NCBI GenBank assembly: GCA_013265495.1
Contig: MU057781.1
Coordinates: 560,001 to 620,000 of the forward strand
Origin: Vicugna vicugna
Taxonomy: Eukaryota
DNA length: 60,000 bases
Direction of reading: 5' to 3'
A model generated the notes under the pieces. That model was not told the DNA's origin, did no database searches, and was given only the letters and a program-made list of their open reading frames with translations. Every line of letters starts with the position of its first letter. The stretch's first letter is position 1. A program made the position numbers and the translations under genes. Of this stretch, positions 12,011 through 22,300 are shown in pieces.

Positions 12011-15000
12011 TGCGTCCACGTGAACACTTCCCTCCTCTCTGAGGAGCCTTCCTGGTGGACGCGAGCCCATTTGTTTAGCCTTCTTCTACTGAAGCACACC
12101 TGGACTTTCCTAACTTAGGCTCTTACAAACAAAGCTGTTAGGGATTTTTTTTTTAAGATTTATATTTAACTAATTTTAGACTTACAGAAAAGTTGCAAAA
12201 ATAGTACCAAGTTCTGTAGGCTCCCCTGATACCAACATCTTCCGTGATACCTTCACGTAATGGTCACACTCAGAACCAGGACCTTACTTGGTGCTGCTGC
12301 AGCGCTGTTCACACGACAACGGACCTTCCCCCCACCCACGGGTTCCCCCGACAGGCCTGTCCTGCTCCAGGGCCCCACACGGGACCCACACCGTGGGGCT
12401 TCTTTGGTCTCTTCCAACCTGGGACCCTTCTTTGGTCTTCTTTGTGTTTTATAACATTGATATTTCTTGAAACTACGTACTGATTAGTTATTTTGCAAAA
12501 TGCCCCCCAGTTTGTCTTTACCTGCTCTTTTCTCCCAGTGGGAATGGGGTTATTCGTTTTTTGCCCGGCCTCAGCAGTCCTGTCTTCACGGGCCGCATCA
12601 GGAGGTGGCTGCGTCCACATGTCCCTTTGACAGCGATGTTGGGCCGTGTCGCTGGGTTTCTCCACGGTGAAGTGGCTGTCTTTCCATTGCTGTCGGGGCC
12701 CCTGTTTCCTTCTTTCCTTTCTGGTTGTGGGTTGGGAAGGAAAGCTGTGTCCCCGCCTCAGCCGTCTACTTGATGACTTGTTCATATCCGCAGGGACACG
12801 TGGATGACGGCTCCATTCTAGGTTGAAGTCCAGTGTCAACGGTATTTTGTCCGGCAGACAGTTCCCAGTGCTGGCTGCAGGATCAACCTCAGGCTGGCTC
12901 CTGGGCTCTTTCAGGAAGCCCATCTTACCTTTTTTCTTTCTTTTTTTTTTAAATTTAAAATTTTTTTCTTTTTTTTTCTTTCTGGAACGGCAAGATGTTC
13001 CAGACTTGCCTGGTTCCAGTATCGTTGGTTCACGGTTTCTGTCATTGAGGGGTTTTGTTCTGTTTTGTTTTGTGTTTTTAATGGTCTTCACTGTTTGCTT
13101 GCTTCTGTGTTGGTTTTAAACGTCTGATTCTTTTGACTGGAAGGTGACTTACCTTTTTGCCTGGAGGCCTTGAGGCTGTTTGTTTCGCTCTGGCATCTTA
13201 CGGTGCTGCTCGGAATGTTTCCTGTTGATGGCTCTGCGTTGGTCTTCCTGGGTGCACCTGTGGAAATGGGTAGATTCGGGTCCTTTCCTGTAGATGGGGA
13301 GCCCCGTGCATCAGCGCTGCAGGTGTCAGCTCCGTGCCTCTGCCCTGCTCTCCTGCAGGGATCTGGGGAGAGGAATGCTGTCTCCCCCCTCTCCCTCTGA
13401 GCCCTTTCCTGTCTATGCCACTCCCTTCTCCTGGCCCTCAGCCTGCGATGCCCCATGGTAGATACGCATTTGACTTTGTTCTTTCCTGAGCATCTTATAC
13501 TCTGTTTTCTCATTTTGGGGATAATTTTGGTTTTCTTTTCTTTCTTTCTTTCTTTTTTTTGGAGTTGGAGCAAAAGAGTTTGCCTTTTCTCTTCTCCCCA
13601 TTTTTGGTCCGTTTTAGTGCTTGAATTTCCAGTTCAGGGTGGTCTTCCACACCCTTAGCTGACGGTCTGAGGGCGCTTAACCCCGTGCGGGTTTAGTTTT
13701 CCTCTGTTTCGCAGGTGCTCTGCCCCCACCCTGCCACCGCCCAGCACAGGGAGGACTTGTGTTGTTTCTTTTGTGTAAGTTTTGTTTCCAGATTTTCTCC
13801 AGCTGTCTCCTGTGGGCTTTTTTCCGGTTCATATCGATGAGATTGGGGTCTTTCACGAGACTTCCAGTTTAACAGCCCTTTTCCTGTCAGCCGGGTGTCC
13901 AGACGTGTTAGCGAGGTGAGCATGTGCTCCGATGATGGTGTCCTGGTCTTGAAGACCCAGCGTGTCGTCTTCTTTTCTCTTCTTTCTCCGGTTGCCAGTG
14001 AGAGGTTCCTTCTCCTTTTTTGCCTTTTTTCTCCGCAGAAGCTCTGTCTGGGAGGCTGAACTTTCAAATCATGCCGTCTGTTCACACCCTCTGGCCTCTT
14101 GGGTTGACAGCTCTAAATTGTTCACCCAGCCCTTCATCTGTCTTCACGTCACATGTCTGCACCCCTCCCCCGCCTCGGCCCACAGCTCTGCTGAGATGTA
14201 ATCGACACCTAAAATCACGTACGCATAACGTGTGTGATGTGCTGATTTGACGCATTTATAAGCTGAAAATGACTCCCACCGTAGGGTTAGCTGCTACCGC
14301 CATCCCATCACGTGTCCCCCGTATCTAAGTGTCCGTGGTTGGGACACTTAGACCCACGCTCGTAGCAGCGCCTTGCCCGTGGCGGGGTCTGGGCCTCTAG
14401 TTCCGTGAGCCCCCTGCCCGCAGTCAGTGCGATGGCCCTTCCTGTGCCCGTGCACTGAGAGCGGCCTTCCGTCCGTGGCGGCCCACTGGCCCCGCCGCCC
14501 GTCCTCCCCGTGCTGGGCTGGGGCTATGGGGGCAGGAGGGACGGTGGTGCTGGGCATAGCTGATTTTTCTCCTCTTACTCATGGTCACCTCGAGGTTTTG
14601 GTGTGCCACGCCTTCAGGTAGCGCCAGGGGTGTAGTCTGGTGAAGAATGTCTGATGTTGTGAAATTCTTTTGTATTATTTAAGGAGGAGATTTGGGGGGG
14701 ACTCGATTCTTATAAAGCAGCCTACGTTATCTTCCATGAGGAGCGTTCTTGTCCAGTCTTTCTGTGGGTGTGCGCCTCATTTCTGCAGGGAAATCCCTAG
14801 GGGTGGGACTCCTGGGTCACAGGCAGGTGTGTGTTTTATAAGAACCTGCCGACACCTCTCCCCAAACGGCCGTTCCATCTGGAGAGACATTCCAGCTGCT
14901 CCACGCTCTTGCCATTTGGCGTTTGACCCTCTTTGGTCACGGGGGGGGGGGGGCGTTTCCCCGTGTGCTGGTTTGAGAGGCTCCCTCACGTGTGCGCTGT

Positions 15001-15586
15001 GCAGGCTGCAGCCTGCCCTTCCCCGGGCGCTCCAGGCCTCCCAGCGCGAAACGTGGTCTAAAGCCCCGCGCAGCTGAGTCCGAGGGGAGCCCTTGGCTAC
15101 GGGGTAGGTTGTGGCCTCCTGGACGGTCAGGGGGCAAAACTAGCAACAGTGTTGAGAGAAGGTGTTTCATGACTTTATCTTGAACTTTTTAATTCGAATT
15201 TGAGACCATAAATAGTTATTTTTTAGCTTTGTTTTTCCGCCTCCATTCCTCTTAGGCTGAGACTCTCGGCTCCTAATGACATGCAGGATTGCTTCTTTGC
15301 TTTATTCTATCGTGTGCATACTAGTTTCAAAATAACCATCTCCACGCGTGAGCCAGCGTGGCCGCGAGGGGGAGCTCACGATGGCTTTGCGTTTCTTTCC
15401 GTCTGTCATTCACTAGGTGCGCTTGCGTCGCTCGCTTTCACTCTTCAGGGTTTGCTTTGCTTTCATGTTGATTTAATTTTGCTTTAACCCCGCGCTCAAA
15501 CACGGAGGTCGATAAACCAAGGAGCCTTCCCAGCAGACAGCTTCACCCTTGCCTTTCTAACACTTTCCTCTCTCCTCTGTGGTAAG

Positions 15587-15647
15587 ATTTCTTTCTTTCC
15601 TTCCTTCCTTCCTTCCTTCCTTCCTTCCTTCCTTCCTTCCTTCCTTC

Positions 15648-15698
<51 letters not shown>

Positions 15699-15717
15699 TC
15701 CCCCTTTCTTTCTTTCT
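15587..15717. repeat. Compound (TTCC)n(TTTC)n microsatellite
   Basis: Seen directly; abuts a SINE head at 15718-15751. Confidence 0.95.
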
Positions 15718-16699
15718 GCCTGCGCTCTACCACTGAGCTACACCCTCCCCCGGTAGTATTTCTTACAGTAGTTTCTGGTTTATGTTTCCACTTGACACTA
15801 ATACAGGCAAGCACGTGTGTATTCCCACGTGTCCCCTCCCCTCTCAGGGAAGGGGTGGCCCGCGGTGACGCTGCTGTTCCCCTGGCCGCGTCCGCTGGGT
15901 ACCGGGCCTCAGCACGCCTCCACATCCCCGCGCGGAGGGTGCCCACCTTCCTTTCCGCGCTGCACGCTGCTCCCTGCAGGGCGGCGTCTTCGCTGAGTCA
16001 GCTAGCTCTCTGTCTACGAACATTTGGGTTGTTTCCAGCCTTTTGCTCCTAGAAATAGTTCCACTGTGACAACCCTTGTGCGTTCACGGTTTTCATAGAC
16101 TTCCAAGTGTATCTTTGGCTAGATTCTTAGAAGTGGGATTTCTAGGCCAAAAGGAGAATGACTGTGTTGTTCTGCTCCGTGTTGCCAAAATCCCCTCCCC
16201 AGGAGCTGCACTCTTGTGTGCGCCCCACCAGCGACATGGAGAGCCTGGCTCTCCAGCCTCCCCCGAGGCGACGTTGTCAAACTCCTGGGGCTTTGCCAGG
16301 GGGGGCTGAGGGATGGAAATTTCAGTCTGGTTGCATACGCATTTCTCTCACCGTGAGTGAAGCTGAGCGTCTTTCCTTGTGTTTAAGGGCTGCTTTCGTT
16401 TCACTTCATGTGAACAGTTTGTTTGTATCTCTTCCCAGCTTTTCCCATTTTTCTCTGAGGTCGTTTGGCTACTTTTTCCTTAATTTTCAGAAGTTTCTTG
16501 TATGTTGGCCCGTGACCGAGGGTGCAAGTTGTGCACATTTCCCCATTTTGTTGTCTGTTCGCTTGTGGTGAGGTCTCGTTTTCTTCTTTGTTTCCCGGGC
16601 AAAATCACGTGCTGGTTCATCCTTTGACCAAGGTTGGCTTGTCCCGCCCCGGCCCACCCAGTGGGGGCACCGCAGCGCTCCGCGGCGCCCGCTTGCCCT

Positions 16700-17173
16700 A
16701 GTTCTCAGCGCCCTCCCAAGCCCCTTCTCCCACCCTCACCGGCCCGCACAGTCTCTTCAGGGCTCCGTGGGCGTGGTTTGGGGATGGGACCCGTAGGCTG
16801 CGGATGGCGCAAAGCCTGTGCTCTCCACCCTGCTTCGCGGGGTGCGGTGGCGATGCTGGGTGTCTGGAAGCCTGGCAGCCTCTGCAGGGACCTCTCGGAA
16901 GCCTTGCCCTCAGGATGTGCACCCCGATGACGCCGCCACCCCGTGGGAGCACGCTGCGTGAGCGACACTTGAGCTCCCAGCCCCCGCTGAACCAGAACCA
17001 GACGCGGCGCAGGAGCCCGGCCGCAGCCCCTCGGACACCACCTCGGGGCGGGAAGGAGCCTCCCCGCTGAGCCTCGTGCACGCTCCTGACCGCACAGCCC
17101 GGAGCCAAGTAAGCGGTGGTTCTCAGCCAGCAAGTGCCAGGGCGGTTTGTTGACGCAGCAGAGGCGACGGGAG
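16700..17173 (+). mobile_element. MLT1 (F/G/H-like) LTR, strongly GC/CpG-shifted
   Basis: 3' end ctcctgaccgcacag...cagccagcaagtgccagggcggtttgttgacgcagca aligns by eye to the MLT1 terminus. Confidence 0.55.
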
Positions 17174-17837
17174 AGGCAGCGCTTCGCCGTCTGTCGGCGG
17201 AAGACGCTTCCGATGGGCTTGTTTGCTTGTTTTTGCTTCTCTGCTCGCTCCGTCTGTGCTGAGCGGAAGTTTAGGGAGGTCCACGAATTATGACAGCATC
17301 ACGGCCGACTTGCCTGCAGCTCAGAAGTGCCTTCCTTGATTTCCGCTTCACGTCTCCGCTGATGTATTTGGGTTGAAATCTCTTTTATTTTGCCTTTCTG
17401 TTTGTTTCACCCGTTTTCCTTCTTTCCTGCGTTGACTGAGGTGTTTTTCCCACTCTCTTCTGTTTTCTATTATTTGCATGGTTGGCATGAAAAAACAGCA
17501 GCAGAATTAACTTCCCGCCGGCTGCAGTGCACACTCGCCCCTCCCAGGTGACGCAGAGACTTGGGACTGGTCACCTCAGCTCGGCCCTCTCCTCGCTGTT
17601 ACCGTCTGGCATTTGTAACAACGCTAGAAACTGTTGTTAGTTTTTTACCGTCTTTTTCATTTCCTCATATATTTAGCAGTTTTCGTCCTCTGGCCTCTCA
17701 GACCTCCGTTTGGAACCACTTTCCTCCTGCCCAAGGCGAGTCCTCCGGTTTCCTCTGTTCGCTCCTGGCATCCACTCTCTTGTCCCTATTTTCTTTCTTT
17801 CTTTCTTTCGTCTGAAAAATTCTTTCAAGAATGAGGT

Positions 17838-18003
17838 GGGGGAAGGGTGTAGCTCAGTGGTAGAGCAGGTGCTTAGCGTGCTCGAGGTCCTGGGTTCAAT
17901 CCCCAGTGCCTCCTGTAAAAAAAGTAAACCTCATTTTCTCCCCCTGCCCTTCCTTGCCGAAATACAAATTAAATTATACAATAAACAAATGAAATATTTT
18001 TAA
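17838..18003 (+). mobile_element. Vic-1-like SINE
   Basis: gggtgtagctcagtggtagagc...gaggtcctgggttcaatccccagtgcctcc plus A-rich tail; flanking aagaatg(t)agg duplication. Confidence 0.9.
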
Positions 18004-19338
18004 AAGAATGTAGGAGAAATGTATTCTTACTGGGGATGGAGTTCCGGCGTGGTAGGTATTTGGAAGCACATTGAACACTTTATTCCATCATTTTATGGCT
18101 TCCGTTGTTCTGATGAGAAGTTGGTCGTGGGTCTAACTGCCCTTCCTTTGACCACAAGCTTTTTCCCTCTGGCAGATTTTATTATTGTTTGTCTCCATTT
18201 CTTTTTTCCTCTCGCTTCATTGTGACATGTCTGGCTTTTCACTGACTTTGACTCTTTGGATTGATGGCTGTCGTCCGTGCCGGAGAATTCGCAGGCACGC
18301 CTGCAAATCTTGCGTCTAAGGTTTTCATTTTCCTTCTGCGAGAACGCCTCACCCGGCCTCTGTGTCGCTCACCTCTCTGTTGTGCGTTCTGCCGTCGTTG
18401 TGCCCCTTCTGGGCCACTTCTGCTGAAGCATGCGCTGCCCAGCCCGCCGCCAGGCGCCTCCTGAGCGCTGGCCCCGGTTACTGTGTCTGTTTCTCTGAAG
18501 TGCTGTCTGATTCAGGTTTGCGATTTCACGTCCCAGTATTTTCTACCCTGTGATACCATTTTCAAGCTTGTGACTTACTTCTTTAAAAAAAAATAGAACA
18601 AGATCATGCGTGGGGGGCAGAGGGGGAGAGGACTCTGCGCTCTCTGCTCAGCTGTGCTGTGAACCTGAAACGGCTCCAAAGAGGAGAGTCTGTTTAAGAA
18701 ACAGGGAGGGCTGCCTTGTGGCTGGTGCCTGCTGATTCTGTGTCTGAAGGTTGCTTTCCTGTTTTTAAACTTGCTCGCTTGCCTGGTTTTCTGGTTCCCC
18801 GGGTGTCATTAGCTGCACGTTAGTCACTGTCCTTGAACGTTTGTTCGTGGGCCTAAGGCCTTGGGTGAACGTACCCATCTCGGGGGGGTCGCGCGGGCTC
18901 CTGCCCGGCAGCGGGGCGCCCGGGGGGACCACTCCAAGCACCCCCCCGCCTGGAGGCCCTGGGTCTAGGCCGGTCACCTGCGTGCGGGGACCGTCTGTCG
19001 TCCCCGCTCCTCGGGGCTGGGCTTCCCTGCTGCCGCCGCCCCCACGCTGCCTTCCCTGCCGTCTGGGGAGCGGGGCGGGGGTGTGGGTGTGCGAGCACAG
19101 TTCTGAGTAGCCCCCGAGCTTAGCCTGGGGAGGGGAGGCGGCCCGTGGAACTCCCCACTCGAGCAAGTGCACTTCCTCCGCCACCTCCGGGCGAGGTTCT
19201 GCCTCAGGGGAAAGCTGCCTTGGCCTTTCCACGATGCGCCGTCTCTCCGCCCAGGTGGCCCCCGCTCTGGCCTCTCAGGATCTCTGTTGCTTTTCGGTGG
19301 GCAGAGAGTTAGTTCTGATCTGACCAGCCCACCATTAC

Positions 19339-22300
19339 CTGAGAAAGAGCTCTGAAGTCCTCCCTGCTTCCGTGGAGCACCAGCAAGGGCTTGAGACTCT
19401 GGTTTCTGTCCTGCGTGGAGCAGTGAGAGCAGAAAGCTGGCTATTTCAAGTAGGACTGCGAGCTCGAGGCCACACTGCTGTGGCTCCAAGTCTGTTGTGT
19501 CGTGACCACAGGTGGACCAGGGGCTTTTACTCTGTGAACTTGGAAGATGATGTGGACTGAGGTATCCGCCTCCTAAGACAGCGTCTCATCCCAGGGCTAG
19601 CGCTGGCGTCAGGCACGGCTTGGAGAAGCTGGCAGACGAGCAGGGTTCAGTTCACATCGGGGACAGGCCTGGACGCCATGCTCCCTCTCCTGATAACTGT
19701 CCACCAAGACGTTTAGAAATGTGTGCGTGTGTGTGTGAAAGACACCAAGTGGCTTCTGCTGTGGACAAGCTCAGGGAGTAACTTCTGGGTTAACGTTTCT
19801 CGTACCTCCCATGACAGGGCGCAGACCGACACAGGAGGCCATTCCAGAAGTTAGGGAGCTGGGGGACAGAGCGGACGGTGAGCTGTGGGGCTGACGGGGG
19901 TGGGTGGGCCTGGAAGAGTCCAGGCAGAGCCGCCCTGCGGGGCTGACACCCGAAGCTGGACGAGAGTCAGGTAGAGGCAGGGCCTGATTCAAGGTGGTGT
20001 CACCTCAGCGCTGGGTGTGGTCAGAAGAGAGTTGAGAAGGGGCAGCACCATGGACAGCACTGCTGTTGGCGGCAGTGGGATGGGGGCGGGGCACTCACCG
20101 GCCATCCCAGCTCGGGAGCCACGTCCTCTCAGGGTCCTGCACCTGCACACTGGCCATTCTGGGACTCATTGGGGCAGATTTCTTGGGACAGCGGGCGTCT
20201 CTTTTGTCCATTCTGTTTCTCCAGGAGCCAGAGTGGCAGTTGTGAAAGTTGGACTCTTAATGGAAGGTTGACGCAGATTCTTTGTTCAGTGGGAGTGGTT
20301 CACCGGTGACTGAGACATCCCCTGGATGTCGTGCGGAGTACACGCAGCCGTCCACTCAGGCCCCGGCCGGCGCCTGCCGGTGTCTTGGGAAGCACTGCTC
20401 AGAGCAGCTGGCTTGAGAAATGGTATGAGTGAACTCAAGTCCAGCATCTTTTTTTTCAGCAACATTTGGGAGGAAATTAAAGCAAAGCAGGCTTTGCCAG
20501 GAAGCCTGCAGGCTATGACGAGGTCGGGTCTGGAAGGAAGGCTGAAGGAAAGCCGAGGGCAGGGCGCCTGCGTCAGCTGGCTGGTGCACCGCCGGCGGGT
20601 CTGAGCCGCGCGAGCTGCCTGCCTCTGTTTTAGTTAACGCCTTTTCTGGCCTCACTGTGTTTTTTTCCCTCTAATTCCATCTGAACTTGGGACCCTGGTC
20701 AGCAGAAGACTAAGGAGCCGCCGCTTTCTTCTCTCCCACCAGGATCTGAGCCCACCGTGGCCCGCTGGTGCCGTCCAACACCAGGGCGTTGAGGGACTCA
20801 GCACCTGGCCTTCTCCCCTTGCGGTTCCCGGTCCTCAGGCCCCTCCCTCCTCAAGTCTTGTTTGAACACCCTCTGATGACATTGCACCTGCCTCTGTCCC
20901 TGAACTTTCCACAGCACGTGCACATAACCCCACCTGAATTTTCGCTGGGCGCCGTCAGCTGCACTGGGACGGGTGGTGCCCTGGCCTGTCGGTCCTCGCT
21001 CGGCCAGCATCACCTGCTGGTTTGCGGTCAGTCAGTACCTGTCTTTTCAAAAGCCTGGCTCAAGAGTCCGTGCCCAGTGTGGCCTCGTTCCTGGTGGGCG
21101 GCCCCGAGCCCAGGTTTGTGCTCTGAAGAGCAGGGTGCTAGAAGCAGGGCTCGCAGCGGGAGGGGTGATGTGCCTGGCGGGGCCTGGTCTGTAGGAGCAG
21201 ATCTGTACTCATCCCCAGCGTCCCCGCTCCTCACTCACTGGTGTTCACGTCGAATTCATTTAATCACAACTGTGGATGGTCTTCCTGCCCTGTTCTGCAC
21301 CCAGAGAAACCCTCTGAAACTTGAACGCCCCCCAAGAGGAGACCTCACAATCTGGAAAGGGGCCCATCTCCGGTGTCGATGGTTCCTGGGGAGAGGGTGA
21401 GGGGGGCGGGGTGGGGTCTCCCTGACCCTGGTGCCACTGTCTGGGTTCAGGGAACTCCTAGCACATCGCCAGGCTGAGCCCACGGCGCGTGCGGAGACCG
21501 GACGCACCGTGCCATGCGGGCACTCTCCCCGTAGCAAGGGAGAGGAGATCGTCTAAAAGACCTCGAGGGAACAGGACTCTTCTCTTAAGAGCAGCAGCGG
21601 GAGCCAAAACTGAGATTCTGCTGACTGCCCTTCCCCGTGAGCCGTTCCGGACTCGCCCTGCTTCCTTTGCCGTGTGTGGCTTTCGGAGGACTGACCTTGT
21701 GGTTGATACACGGCTGAGGCCAGCGCCCGTGTTCATGCCCCAGGCTGGCCACCGCCACTTGGCCACCTGAGAGCGGGTGTTCCACGTGGCTGTCCTAGAA
21801 GCAGCCGGCTCTCAGGGCTGGGCAGCGCCTCACGACAGTGCCCGTAGCTAAGCTCTCTGAATCGGGGGGCAGCATGTGTCTGACCTGGGTCTCAGGGCCT
21901 GTGGCCTTGTGGGGGTCCCCAGCCAGGGGGCGGTCGGGGGCCGGATGAGGGGACACCCCAGGGCACAAGGGCGTCACGGAGCAGGTGGACACAGGCTCGA
22001 GGCTCTCGGAGGCTCCTGTCGTGGAAGGAAAGGCTCTGGTTGAGCCTGGGAGGGTGTGGCGGGCGGGGGCTGCTGGGGGGCTGCTATCCCCTTTGGGGAC
22101 ACTTCCTCCAGTTTTCCACCTAACTTTGCATGAAAACACTGGGCTGAGGACTCCACCTCCTAAGACAACGTCTTAGGCAGATGAGGCTTCAGGTGGCTGC
22201 CGTGTTCCCTGGTGGGATGGGATGGTGGCCCTTCCATGCCGAGGACCCCAGCCCCTCCGCGGCGAGAGCACAAGTCCTGGTGTTGAGCGGTCAGGACAGC

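Larger units (their letters stand above)
12145..19300 (-). mobile_element. Block of nested old L1M fragments, mostly antisense, with younger insertions
   Basis: L1MC-like 3' end at 12145 (ttttagacttacagaaaagttgcaaaaatagt), L1MA-like 3' end at ~14190, further 3' and 5' L1 pieces to ~19300. Subfamily limits are approximate. Confidence 0.55.

Noticed and set aside
12309..16052. Lys/Arg- or Phe/Leu-rich ORFs (12309-13091, 15557-15946, 15579-16052)
   Set aside because: Translations of T tracts, microsatellite and L1 debris.
17838..17915. tRNA gene
   Set aside because: The A/B boxes belong to a tRNA-derived SINE with tail and TSD, and many diverged copies occur in the window.
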